Below the pieces are notes generated by a model. It was not told the DNA's origin and searched no databases. It saw only the letters and a program-made list of their open reading frames with translations. The translations under genes were made by a program, and so were the position numbers. A DNA stretch of 64,000 nt from Octopus bimaculoides. Its lineage: Eukaryota. Location of the stretch: the NCBI RefSeq assembly GCF_001194135.2, contig NC_069000.1, positions 3,337,159 through 3,401,158 of the forward strand, in the 5' to 3' direction. Positions 13,058 to 27,850 of this stretch are shown one piece after another (within the stretch, counting starts at the first letter, position 1; each line of letters starts with the position of its first letter).

Positions 13058-14062
13058 CGCCAATTCAAGGCGACTACACTGAATCGTCTACTGTCTGCTA
13101 AAAAAAATATGTCCTCTAGAATATGTTAGCAATGGAAAATAAAACCATCACAAATGATGTCTGCCTCAAAATGTCGGATTACAACAATTGTACGATAAAA
13201 TTAACGCTTGTAAAATAAATTTGATATTCGTTCAAGTCCTGCAGCCCAAGGTGAAATAAATAATACGATAATTATAATCTAGTTCACTTTGGAAAACATT
13301 AAAAAATCTCAGATATTTTCGTTCCTAATAATTGCTAAATAAAGTCTTGGAACTCGGACCAAATTTCCTCATATATCATTGGGCTATGTGTTTTTTCTTC
13401 GTGTTAGAATTAAAATAAAATAAGATAAAATTCTTCACTCACATTATTTTTATTATTAATATATCTTAGATAAATTCTAATTATATGTTGTTTTAAATAT
13501 AAGCTTTTCTTTCTCTACCCCCACTTTTTATTATTATTTTATTTGAATTTTATTTTATTTATTTATTTATTTATTTTTTTGTCGATGCGGTAGTTTTAAA
13601 GTTTGTATTGACTCAACGTAGCATAATATGTAAAATTGTAAAACCTCTGAGGAGAAACATATAGCTTAAATAGATATTTTTACAGTCGAAAGAACTTTTC
13701 ATTCTAGACAACATTTCCGGTGTGTCTAATATCCATTAGCGAGTTGAAAGTTAGTGTTTTTGTAAAGACGAAGGAAAATAAAATTGTAATAGAGCATTGA
13801 TATAGCCTCAAGTTTCGCATCTTTGCCTATCTCATTCTCTCTCACTTTCTTATATATCGCTCTCTCTATACATATACACATATATGTAGACATACGTATG
13901 TAGATATATGCACATATATAATTACATATGAACGTGAGTGTATGCCTATATAATATGTATACACATATATATAACTCATGGAGGTGTTTAGTTGAATAAA
14001 TATATGCATATGAATACAAATGCATGAATATGTAGATGCATACATAAGCATACTATTCGTCC

Positions 14063-14104
<42 letters not shown>

Positions 14105-14563
14105 ATATATATATACACACATATACATGTATACTTATATATGCACACACGTACGAATGGGTATATACATGCATACACATTAGCATGTATATGCATATAC
14201 ATGTCTATGTATACACAAAGACTGGCACCTACATACACACGCACGTGCGCGTGTGTATGTGTGTGTGTGTGTGTGTGTGTGTAGGTGCCAGTCTTTCAAT
14301 ATATGCATATGTAGAGGTATTGGCTGGCAGACAGACGTTGAAAACAAACTACTTCCTTATAGTATCTCTTAAGCATAGTAACTACTTTAACTTATATATC
14401 TACACACACACACACACACATACACACACACACATGAATATACACGCCTACACATGTATACATTCTTTGACCAGAAATCTTTGGAAGTGGAAAAACCCAG
14501 AACTTTCTTCTTTCTTCGACGACAAACGCTCAATGGAAACAAAGTATCGTATTACTCACGTAC

Positions 14564-14582
14564 TTTGCAGATAGCCAGAAAC
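14564..14582 (-). CDS. Candidate 19-nt micro-exon 4: (R)FLAICK, phase 2 to 0
   Basis: Strong acceptor ttttctattttctttaacgctacacaag, then overlapping donors AAA|gtacgt and TAC|gtgagt. The first donor links exons 3 and 5 in frame. Confidence 0.45.
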
Positions 14583-14869
14583 CTTGTGTAGCGTTAAAGA
14601 AAATAGAAAATGTAATTTAAATCTACAAATAATTCAAAACGACTGCTCGCTGTCCTCACGTAAAGTTGACATTTACAAGTTCTATTTATTTTTGATCTCA
14701 CTCTGTTTATATAAGATAGATAGTAGCATATTTAGTTTCTAGTCTTCGTTTTTAAAAGTCATGTTATTCTTAATCTACTGGAAGTGAAAGACAGAACACA
14801 TCGTTACAGCTCCTGAATATAAATGATTTCCATATTAAAGGTTTTAGAAATCCGGTAATTTTGAAGCGA

Positions 14870-15025
14870 GATATTTGTCGATACCACTGACCCTACTGGT
14901 ATTAATTTACTTGACTTTGGAAGGATAAAAGCGAAAATTGAACTCGGCATTATTTGAACTGAAAACTGTCTGAAGTAAATATCGCAATTTTGTCCGATGT
15001 TTTAATGATTCTGCTAAAACGCCAT
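14870..15025 (-). mobile_element. SINE family A, diverged copy
   Basis: Reverse-complement match to the family A body (ctggtattaattt...ggcattatttgaact...atgattctgc). Confidence 0.65.
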
Positions 15026-18000
15026 ACATTGAGGTCACAAAATATTGTTTGTGCCGGAAGAAATATGGGGAATTCTCTAAGCGATGTTTATTAACAATTC
15101 GTTTGAGGTCTCGCTAGGTTCTATGTTGGAATAATCAAAACTTGTTACTTTTGGGGATTTCATGGTGCCCCGCAGTGGGACTGAACGCGGAACCATATTG
15201 TTGGGAAGCAAGCTTCTTACCACACAGCCCCGCCTGCGACTACATATTACGCGTGCGTGTACATCAAATGCTTACTCCTCTCTCAAGAATTAAATTCCTT
15301 ATATAGCAACACATTACCTACTGAATATATTGAAAACATTGAATCTGTTAACATTAGAACCTAATTTTCCAGCCAAGAATCTCGGATCATTTATGTGACA
15401 TATCCGTTGTTTGGAACTCCCTTTAATATTGAATGCTGTGTATTTTACATGCATTCTTCCCTGCATTCAATTAACTCTTTATTCCTCCTGCACAATACAA
15501 TTCTTTATCATTATCCCTTTTATTATTATTATGATTATTATTATTATTATTATTATTATTATCCTTTGCACTATCTCTTTTGCAATCTGTGACCCGAGTG
15601 TGACATGGACGAAGTTCATGTTTTTTTTCTGTCATTATTTATTTATAATTTCCTAATGTCAGCCCAACCTCTAGAGTACAACATGTTTATGTGATATCAC
15701 ATCACATGACATTGTATACGTGTCTTTTGTCATAAGTGATATTGTTCTGTTCTGCACAGCGATTACCATGGATTCACTGAATACGATCTGAAGAAGCAAA
15801 ACAAACTAAAACAAATAATAACATTTTTGGATGGGAACATCATGTCGCTTCATATTTTAACGGTGAAGGTACATAGGCATGCATACGTCTCTGTGTGTGT
15901 TTGTGTATACAAGTAAATACATAGATAGACAGAGAGAGGGAGAGAAAGGAATAGTGAGGTAGAGACATACAGATAGAAACATATACACATACATATAGAC
16001 ATATGGAGATGTAACTAGAGAGACAGATCTATAAATAGATAGACCGATAGAATGATAGACCGATAGATAGATGGATAAATAGATAGATAGATGCGATTGC
16101 ATGCAACTGAAGTTAAGATGCTTGCAACTATATGGTTACATGTCATGAACAGATGTCTTCTGTTATTGCCCTGGGACACTTTCAAGCCTCTTAAAAAATG
16201 CTGTTCTGCATACGTTCCCGCTATGTAGCTCTTTGGCGAAAAAATCGTATCATAAAGTCATATATACCTCACGCAAACCCATAACTACAATGGTCAATTT
16301 GTCCAACTTCCCTTCCGAAGAGATACTTTAGGATGACCACAGTCCAATAGCTGAAACGTGTACAATAACATTCAACAGGCGTCGGTATGTTTACGTCCGT
16401 GTAATAGCATTTCGACGAAAGCGAAATGACAGAGTAAGTAGCGATCTTAAATATTGGGGTGGAATTTTTCGACTAAACCCTCTCAGATGATGTCCCAGCA
16501 TAGCTGCAGTACACCGTCCCAAAATATATATTTTGAAGTGGTGCACAAAGGAGGTTGTCAGGATATGGATACAAACTATTCATTTAGCGCATTTGTCACT
16601 CGCGAGTGAAGTGGGAGATGCGTAAACTGTGACTTTATAGAAGACAGTGAAATGAATTGAACCTGTGGTGCAAAGATTCTTACATTTGGAGCAGGCTCTG
16701 CAATACACGACTTGCTTTGCATTCAAGTTCAATTAGGACGATGAAGATTCGAGAAAACCCTTCGGCGTTCATGATTTAAAGACAAGAAAGTATATCATCA
16801 TTTTCTTACACACTCAAGTGTGTGTGTTTGTGTGTAGATATATAGCATAACAATGTTTAATGGTTATATAAGTAGGCCTTCATTTTTCAAACAAGACAAG
16901 CTTATACAGGAATCACCAGAACTTTCAGTATTTCTTGAAGGATGTACAGCTATACAAACACATGCACACATAGAGACGTGTGTATGCGTGTATGTGTTCA
17001 TGCAATATGTATATCTTACACATATGTAACTTCACATGTATATATGTACATGTGTACTTATAAACATATAGATACATATGCACATATATATATATATATG
17101 TGTGAGTGTGTGTAGAATATCTGAAATGTTTATTATATGCATGCATGTTTGTGTATATTTATATAATATTTGAAATTTTTATCATGTGCGTACGTGTGTG
17201 TGTGAGAGAGAGAGAGATTCTTTAATCGCTTCTTCTCCTTGCGGCGGTGTATGAAACATCATTGACATATTTCGTTCACCCAGCCCTCTTAGCTGCCATT
17301 GCAACGGAATACATCAACACAGATACAATTATCTACGCCAACAGATACACTTATTTACGAGAATGTAGGTGTGCATGCATGTACACACCTGTGTCTATAT
17401 ATATATAGACACACACGCATACATATATAGAATGTTTATCTGTCTACTTAAAGATCTTTGTTTCCTTTAAGGAACGCAGTAAATTTAAAGCTAGGAGAAC
17501 TTCACTATTTCCTAAAGGCTTTAAAGTGATAAGTGAACCTCTATCAATCGATAAACTTTATGTAGGTCATATTTTCTATTTTTCTTTACATTCTACCTGC
17601 TTAATATTGTTAACACAAGAGTGTGTCTATATTTAGGTTTGTGCGTGCCGAAAGGATCGTTTCCATGTGTGTCTTCTTATGTTTTCTCTATGTGCTTGGG
17701 ACTAGATTGTGCGCAGTTTTCTAGAGAATATTGATCGTGTTGTAATTGTGTAAAATAACTATAAATATTATCTTCAAAACTGTATCTAAAGACGCGTCCA
17801 CTAAATACATATTTGTGTTCGTGTAGGCAGGCGCACGCACGTATACGAAGGAAGATATCATTTGTTTGCGCATGTACACACACAAACATTCTTATATTTT
17901 ACCTTTCACTTCTTCCAGTCATGCTCAGGCACTGTGTTGAAAATTTATAGTCGAACGAATCGATCCCAGTACACGTTTTTAAGAGTAATAATTATTCCAT

Positions 18001-19923
18001 CGAGTCTTTTTGCCGAACCACTAGTTTACGGACACCCAAATATGCCAGCACTGGTTGTCACACCATGGCGAAGGATAAACGCAGTGAAAAGGACATATAC
18101 ATGACGGGCTGCCTTCCTTCCTATATATATCGTGCGTGTTACAGAAATGCGCTTATGTTCACACACCACTGCTTACTGACATCAAACCAAATAGTGTAGC
18201 GTGCGAAATTGCAGTCACATTATACTACTAATGAACATGGAAAACTTTATAGGTATTTATAAGCTTTATAAAAGATACACATGTTTCAGTAAATCTAGTG
18301 TCGTTATTGCGTTATTTAGAAGCCCCTAGGCAAGGGTAGAATCTACGGATTGAAGGTGTCGCACAGGAAAATCGAAACGCGAAATTATAGTATTCACTTC
18401 CAAATCATCATTGCAGCGTCACAAACATACTTGTGTGTGTGTGTGTGTGTGTGTTTATGTGAGTGTGTCTGTGTGTGCCTTTGCGTGAGAGAACTTTCTC
18501 CGTTTCCAGTTTTTTAATCCGGAAAGACGCAGCACTACAATGAACGGATCAGACCACGATTCACGTATAAGTCGCTTACACCACGTGACCTTTCGAGGAG
18601 ATTAAATTTTGCGAAAATAATAAAATTAATATGAAGAACAACCAGAACGATAGCATTGATCACGTCGATGATGATGATGATGACGATGACGACGACTATG
18701 TTGATTATACTCATAAAGATAAATATGATAAAATGTAGGAGGAATGGAAGGAGAAGAATAAGAAGCGTGGGGAGTAAAATCGGTTTTACAGTCGCCATTG
18801 CATGATGTTCGGCGTGAGAACAGAAAATTCATTCGCTAATCTATTATTGTTGAAAGTCTATAGCTGAAAATTGGAAACTGCTAACGGTAAAGATAAAAAC
18901 AAACCACACGCATACCGACACACAACCATCTATACGATCGCAAATATATACACACACGCACACAGATATATAGATATGAACATGTATATACACACATGTA
19001 TACATATGCGTACACACATTCATATACAGAATTTATATAAATACACACAAACACACACGTACCTACACGTGCATGTATATATAGTGGCATATACACATAC
19101 AGGTACACTCACACACACATATACATGTGCACACATATATACACACACATATATACATATATATACATGTACACACACACACATATACATGTACACACAC
19201 ATATACATGTACACACACATACACAAATATACATGTACACACACAGACGAAAATATGAACGTATAAGCGCGTGCATGTATTTCATATATATATATATATA
19301 TGCATATATATGTACCTGTATATATATGCACATATGTATATACGTATATGTATCTGTGTATGCACGTGCGTGAGTATGTACACACACACACACACACACA
19401 CACGCACGCACAGTTATCGGATATGTGTACTTACTTATAGAGAAGAGAAAATACCAGTAGCAACCTATGACAGCGTTGCTCGATATTGCAATACCAAAGA
19501 ATTAATAAAGATATTCCTGGAGAATGGTATGACGTCTTTACACTATTTTCTTTTGCATGTTTTCGTCAAAGCGTATTAAGCAAAATATGATTAAATACAA
19601 CGTGATTTGAACGAGAGAGACGGAGAAAAAGAGCGAGAGAGAGAGAGAAAGAGTGAGTCAAAGAGAGACAGAGTCAAAGAGAGACAGAGACACAGAGTAA
19701 GATGATTGGTAAAGTAGATTATGCCGAAATCCACATCTATACGATATCATTCGTTGATTGATGTGTGTGTGTGTGTGTGGAGATGATTAACATGAGAAAC
19801 TCTGCTAAACAATGTCTTGGAAAATGTATAATGGAGAGACGGTCTACCGCAGAAGTAATCTATATAGTACCTCTTTTATACGATACGGATATCATACATA
19901 TACAAATGACAGTAGCATGCAAA

Positions 19924-19967
<44 letters not shown>

Positions 19968-20108
19968 TATATATAATGCAAGTAGAAATGTTTTATATAT
20001 ATATAATCACTTATATCTGTATGTTTTATCGTGTTTGTGTCTCGAATATACGTTTGCGTGTAAGGCCATTGTCGTAGCATTTCAAAGCAACGCCTTCTCG
20101 CTCTTACT

Positions 20109-20141
<33 letters not shown>

Positions 20142-20779
20142 GTGTGGTGGTGGTCAGGCTGGTGGTGTTCTTTACCCTTTCTTCTCCTTCAGCATCTTTA
20201 GGTTCGTTTCTCTAAAGACCAAATCCGCAAAGAGATGCTCTGCATTGAAACCTTGCTAAACCCGAAATCGATTCAAATCCTCATTAGTTTGTAGAATTTA
20301 CGTAACACACAAAGCTCCTTTAACGCGATTATAAAACTCTATATCTCTTTGGCTTTCACAAAGCATGTTGAAAATAAAATTTTCTCGTTTAAAAGTTCTG
20401 CTCTTTAAAATTGTTATATGATTATTATTATTATTATTTACGGAAAATAAGGTCAAAATATTTTGAGAATTTCTCTTCTGCCTTACTCCTTTAACTCTGC
20501 CATAGTGTGCAAACGACATATTTCAGTCATTTTTCTGTGGTCATAATTTCTTTAGATGTAGAGGTCACCCACCGTAATTTTGTTTTCAAGCTGGGATGAG
20601 GGAACTCTTCTATTTCATGTGGCTGAAGAAGCATTTTAAATTTCGTACGTCAAACATTTGTCTACTCTGTGTATTACATACGATACATTGGACAGGCAAG
20701 GTGTACCACGGGTGATACCAATGACAGGGTGCTGCATGATATATGATGTTTGGGCGCCAGAAAGTATATTCTTTTACTT

Positions 20780-20959
20780 GTTTCAGTTATTTGGCTGCGG
20801 CCATGCTGGAACACCGTCTTTGTTCGAGCAAATCGACCCCAGGATTTATTGTTTGTAAGCCTAGTACTTATTCTACTGGTCTCTTTTGCCAAGCTACGCA
20901 AAGTTACGGAGACGTAAACACACCAACATCGGTTGTCAAGCGACGGTGGGGTGACACAA

Positions 20960-20999
<40 letters not shown>

Positions 21000-21140
21000 T
21001 TGTGTATATATATATATATATATATAACGGGCTTTTTCACTTTCCATCTATCAAATCCACTCACAAGGCTTTGGTCAGCCCTTGTCTATAACAGAAGACA
21101 CTTGCACAAGCTATTTAGCAACCTAACACACGGCCAATTC
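20780..21140 (-). mobile_element. SINE family B, interrupted by an (AT)n tract
   Basis: gcggccatgctggaacaccg...ccgctaagttacgg-like...aaatccactcacaaggctttggtc. Confidence 0.8.
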
Positions 21141-21796
21141 TGCGCCTATATGATAGACATATCTTTTTCTTTTTTTTTTTTCAATCGCCTCAGTAACTTG
21201 GAGTTTATAAAAATGAAAGCTTTATAATACTAAATACGCATGGAAGTGTAAAAACAAACATGGACCTTTAGGAAAAACTTCTAAAAATGCTTTAGACAGA
21301 CAAACGAAACCACCTGACTCCTCCTTGACTCTCTCTCTCTCTGTTTTCACTCTCCCTGCCACGAAATCTCACTAACGCCATCACTTTCATTTTACTCTCC
21401 TCCATCTTCCTTCCATCACTCATTCTCACTTTCTTTTTCCTCTCTGACAATCCAATATTTCCCTCACACTATATTTCATCCATCGCTTCACTCTTTCCTA
21501 ACCAAATTCCGTTTTATTTTTCACGTTCTAATCGCATTTCGCCGCCATTTTAGTCTCTCCCAAATTATACCAAATCACTTGCTACCTCTCTTAAACATTA
21601 ACTTCAACCTCCACCCCTCATTCATTACACAATACAACCACATCTTTCTGCACCAGCCTAAATTCATTTAATTACAAACACACATAACTAATTTCCGTAA
21701 AGCATGACGTGGTTACGCATATATATATGTAGGTAGGTAGATAGGTGAGCAGGAGATAGGCAGACATCAAAGTATATTTCTGTTTGTACATACTCA

Positions 21797-21845
<49 letters not shown>

Positions 21846-22172
21846 TGAATATCTCCGTATGTATCTGAGAATAGATATGCACGAATACTCACACACACAC
21901 ACACAAACAAACATATTCTTACATATATAAATATATGAATACAGTATACCTACACGTGCATTTAAAAGTGATATGAACATTATATATACATTATATGCAA
22001 ATACACACGTATACGCCTTTTTTTGTGAATTTTCCCCCTATACATATTCAATACATACACGTATACAATATATATTTATATACAGACATATGTATACATT
22101 TATTAGTACATATATATATATATATATATGTCTGTGTACTGAAATATCTTCACACACACAGATATATATGTA

Positions 22173-22240
<68 letters not shown>

Positions 22241-23907
22241 ATATATATATAGATATATATATATATATCTTACATAGTTTCACGCTCGCTTTGATCGTGA
22301 TGGCAAGTACAATATGACATTTACAATACCATTTACTTCCTCAACAGGTTATAACGACATTTTGTGTACTATTCTTTCAGGAATAAAACTAAAACCATAC
22401 AACCATCAAAGCGCCTGAGCGTATTCGTGCATGTGTGTGTATTGGTGTGAGCCAGTGAGTAAATGAGAGCTAGTATGTATGTGTATGCGTGTGTGTGCGT
22501 TTCTGGATGTTTCTGGTTTTATATGTGTGTGTGTTTTACATATCTTTTATGTATCATGTCTAAGCATTACTTCACACTTGTATTCCCCATCGGTTAACCT
22601 TATGCGAAGTGCAAGTCATCTTGATATCCGCTGGTATATAGAAATATACACACACGGATGTACAAACACGCGCATACATATATATATGTCTATGCACATT
22701 CATATATACTTAGTTATACCTACAAAAGTTTCTTATATACACACACACACACACACACATACATTTGTACACCCACATAGGTATGTATATATGCATACAT
22801 TATACATATATGTATGTATATGCATGCATACATATATATATATATATATATATATAGGCACACACGACGCACACTGTATATATCCACATTCACACATACT
22901 ATATATATATATATACCTATATATATTTGAACCATACATATTCATATACATTACGTATATTTATTTACACAGATTTCTGTGCATGCTTATATGTATATAC
23001 GCTATACAACATGCGTATATACATATGCATTTGTATAGCTTCAAATCACATACATCTATACATATCGTTGAATCTTCTTCTAAAGGTTACACTGACATTT
23101 TATTTCCAGCTTCGGGGTTTTTATAAAACATATCAAATTCGAAATATATCGAAGCCTAATACAAATCAGTAATAGACACACATATGAGAACCTTGTATCA
23201 CGAAAATTATTGGCAGATCCTCGCAAACGTTGATTTTATGCTCATAAATTCTTGCTCGTTTGTAATTTTTTTGGATTAGTTAGCTTGAGACCTTAGACAC
23301 GTGCAGAAAATTGAGTTTGTTAAAAGCAGTAAAATATCAGATTCGATAGAGGATATGCTCTCCAGTTATCTCTGTTTAAGCCGTTGTATATAAACTTGAT
23401 TATATTTTTATATTTTTAACACCAATTAAATACACAAGTAATCCACATTAAATTTCAAAGACAAAAATCTATAAAGTTTCGTCATATCAAAAGTAATTTA
23501 TATTTCTGTCAATTTATATTACAGCAGAGTAATTGATTAACGTGGACAGCAGTTGTAGCAGTGACTGAAACAGCAGCAGAAAGCGGTGGCACAGAAGGTG
23601 TCATGGTAGCAGCAACAGCAATTCCATTATCCATCATGATTTTGTCTTTTTCTTTCTTTAGCATCGTTGCTCTCGTTATCAGGGTCGACGTGGTCATCGG
23701 TCATCATTTATATCGTTGTCATTGTCATCATCACCATCGTCGTCTCAGATATAATCAAACCCATCCTCATCATCATTATCATCATCATTGTCATCATCAT
23801 CATCATTATCGCTGGCGCAGTCGTTGTTATTCTGTGAGGGAAGCTGGTTGTTCGATAGACGGAAACTTTGTGGAATCCCATCGTGAAAAGTATGTGTAGT
23901 GCCATAC

Positions 23908-23977
23908 CTCTCTATCACCGCTTGGCAGTTGTTGGTTTCTTTACATACACGTACCTTAGTTGTTCGTCCAAACAGCT
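23908..23977 (-). CDS. Candidate coding exon 3: (Q)LFGRTTKVRVCKETNNCQAVIE(R), phase 1 to 2
   Basis: Strong acceptor tttttattcccctcctttaaatgttcag and donor GAG|gtatgg. 70 nt of non-repetitive sequence with an open frame and two Cys. Confidence 0.55.
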
Positions 23978-24917
23978 CTGAACATTTAAAGGAGGGGAAT
24001 AAAAATAAGCGCGGGCGTCGATTTCTTCGGCGAAAATGCTCAACACACCACGTTCGTATGGTATTTTCAGTCATATAAATCGACGTTTTATTTTAGCGTA
24101 AACGTGTAGTTTAAACATTCAAGTACCGTCATTATTTTTCCAATTCCAGCTGCATTTCACATAGAATTTCTGGTCCTCCAAACGTTTTGGCGTACAAGCC
24201 GACCTACACTTTTTCTTTCGACTAGATTTTGGGATGAAAATTCCGACTTTTAGGTCGGAAAATACGGTTCTCATTTTCAAATGAATTCACAGGATCGAAA
24301 CGTACTTTTCGATCCAGTTATCAAACTCACAAACTCAATATCACAAGCCCATTGCACTAAACACTTAGCCACATTATCACACACGGTCGAAGTATCACCA
24401 AATATATGCGTACAAGATTTTTAAACCGTTTGGTGGAGGAAAATACAAACGTTTTGTAAAAAAAGAAACAAATCAGACAACGTTTATTATCAATATTATT
24501 ATTATTATTATTATTATCCGTGTAAAACGGTGTGAGAAAATTGAGGAAACGACTTCGTATTTCCTGTTAACATTAACCTCCGTATATGTGCAAAATAACA
24601 ATTTTCCCCTTTGACCTAGTGAATCAAATCTTGCTGTTTGGATCGGAGATTCTCATTTTTCAACATCAAGTTTAGAGGAATAAAAGACAGAAAGGAAATC
24701 TTTAAAAACAAACAAACAAAGAAACAAACACTAACGTAAACGACAGAATTCAAAATGGAGGAAATAGTCTTGGAGACATTCTCTAATGTTTTATTCGGAT
24801 TCTTCATCATTCTTTTTTCTTTTTTTTTCTTTTTTCATATTCGGTTTTACGGGTTTTTGCAAAGGAGCTCATTCATCACTGTCATATATGAGCATTAGAT
24901 ACAATATCATATATGCA

Positions 24918-24964
<47 letters not shown>

Positions 24965-25167
24965 CGGTTAATTTTAATATGATTTATTGCATTTTGAAGA
25001 TGTCCTGAATTTTCTTCTACTTTACTCTTATTTAAACCAATATATTTCATTTCATTATGAATCTTATATCACCATATATTGTAGTAGACGTAGATAGATA
25101 GAAGGTTAGATAGATGTGCTTTTATACATATACATCCATATATACATATACACACATATATACATGC

Positions 25168-25213
<46 letters not shown>

Positions 25214-27635
25214 ATTTAGATACATGCATGTGTATATACTTGTATTTGTATGTATGCGTATGTGAACAAATATAGTTTTAGATTTTTATAACTGACGCCG
25301 AAGCAGGGAAAGTACAGCTTCAGTGCATATCAGGAGAGCCAAGAAATAATCTATGCGATTCGGACGGGGCAATTACCACAATGTGATTACAATTTCTTCT
25401 TGGGGTTTCAAACATTCACTTGTTTAACAAAATGTAAGGTATATATATTCGTACAATCATAAATTCACCCATACGCACACGCCAACATGTACACATCCGC
25501 AAATATCCCGCACACATACAATGCAGATATCTTTTATCTCCGACCGGCGGTTTCAGTCAGATTGCGGCCTTTTTCTTAAGGGGATGTAAACACACTAACA
25601 TTGTTTGTCAATACACACAACGGCTTCTTTCAGTTTTCATCTATCAAATCGACACAAAGTTTTAGTCGGTTAGAGGCAATAGAAGACACTTGCCTAAGGT
25701 ACCACAGATTGAGATGGAAACTGGAACTCTGTGACTGCAAAGTAAACATCTTACAAAACAGTTAGACACACATACAATGTAAGCGTAGGTGAGTGTGTAT
25801 ATACATACATACATGTGTATATAGAGTATTCATACATACATACACCAGCATCAATCTCGTTATTTCCACATTATATATTCTCATTATCTTCCGCTTCCAT
25901 TTTCAAAAGCCCTTCAACATACTTGAAACGTAATTTTATTTGAATAATTAGATTTATATTACGAAATCTAGACCCCATTTTCGCATCAAGTATTTTTTCT
26001 TAGTCTGCACCCACCCCACCCCGTATATTTTGAATATTTCAAAGGAAATAACTTAAGTATAATTTTCCAAGTAAATACATATTTATGCCCGTGCTCAGTG
26101 GAGGTAATCCGGTATTTAATATTCATAACTCGGAATATTGTTTCCTATAGAAATGAATTAAGATAGAGGAAGAGATATAGGTATAGATAGTTAGATAGAT
26201 ATAGGTAGCCATAGATAGATAGATAGGCATAGATAGATAGATAGATAGACAGATTTTTATATATTGTATATAGTTTGCTTTTAACTCCCGTCCGAATTAT
26301 TTATAACGTTCCCATGATATATCTTCTTCCCAAATATAAAATATTTAACAGTTTTTCTGGTTAAATTTTATCACGGCAACCATAAATCTTATATTCTTAT
26401 TTCTACTACCTTTCAATTTTGAACCATACATTTATCCTCTTATACATTTCCATGCAAATATTCCGTAATATTCCAAAATATAGCAATTTCGAAAAATACT
26501 ACGTTTCACCGAAACAGCTATCCTTACGGGAAACACTACTTTAAAAACATTTTTTAAAGATTTTCGTTGCGCCTTGCAACCTTTTCAATACTTTTGACTT
26601 TATGTATAATGTGTGTGCGTGTGTCGGTGTGTGTATGGGGGGGGGGGTCTTCAGTCATAAAGGAGAAATAAAATTGCCGCAACTTCTTGAACAACCTGGA
26701 CAAATTTTATTGCGTTCATATATGTGATGCTGTACATAAGCTAACTCCTCCATCTGATCGATATTGCCTGTATAGGTACTCATCTTGTAATTTGTTGTTG
26801 TTTTTTTTTTTTCACACCTCAGATCTCGAACTGATCTTCGATCAACGTGAAATGAAAGGACTTGAAATTAAGTGACTTACTCAAGTGAACACAACACACC
26901 GATTTGTACGTAAATCGAGGTGAATTGGGATCGTGAATACAACACAGCCACTAGCCACGCACGCAGCTTCAAACACACACACACACACACACAAACAAAC
27001 AACACTGTGTGTGTGTGTGTGTCTGTCTGTCTGAAATGGATTACGTATTGACAAAATTTATCCTAGATTACATTTATCCATATGAATGCAAGACAGGGTG
27101 AATCAGACAATCACAACTATGCTATTGGGTGCCTTGTCACTTTCAAATCTAAATGCTATGTACTTTTGTTCATAATCACGCACGCACACGCCCACACACA
27201 CTACACACGTACGCAAACAGAAACACACACCCACCCACACACACACAAATTAGAACTCCATTGACAAGATAAGCACCCGTACTATTATTTCCCGTTCCAA
27301 CTCCTCTTCTATTTTCAGATCACAATGTTACTTTTGCTAGAATATAATAGTCAATATCGATTTGTTTTGGGTAGCCTCGAATCAATATATCTACGTGATA
27401 GATACAGTTCGATCGAATCGATAATTGAACATAAATGATAATATTGATTTCTAAGCTGTAAACAAGGCCAAAATATATTTTCTTTGTCTTTTGTAGGGGT
27501 ATTTTTGGCGGGAAATAGAAAGGGGTTAGCCGATTAATCCAACCTCAATAAATTACTGGTATTTATTCATCGTTTGTGTAATAATAAAATGAGAATGTTG
27601 ACCTTGGTGTCATACAAAACCACAAAGTAAAAACA

Positions 27636-27850
27636 GACAGATAGAGAGAGACAGATAGACAGAGACACAGATAGACAAATAGACAGATAGAGAGACAAAT
27701 AGACAGATAGAGAGACAAATAGACAGACAGAGAGACAAATAGACAGACAGACAGACAAATAGACAGACAGACAGACAGACAAATAGACAGACAGACAGAC
27801 AGACAAATAGACAGACAGAGAGACGGATAGATATATAGATAGATAAATAG
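27636..27850 (+). repeat. Compound (GACA/GATA/AAAT) tetranucleotide array
   Basis: Directly visible. Confidence 0.9.

Noticed and set aside
11725-14582. Resemblance of VSGYLQST..ISHQRFVEYL to carbohydrate sulfotransferases (RLVSAY..FEEFVAYL)
   Set aside because: It needs a different frame of the micro-exon plus a poor acceptor, and I found no 5'-PSB motif or NxHW...LCxPC exon. The Cys-rich chain fits the phases better.
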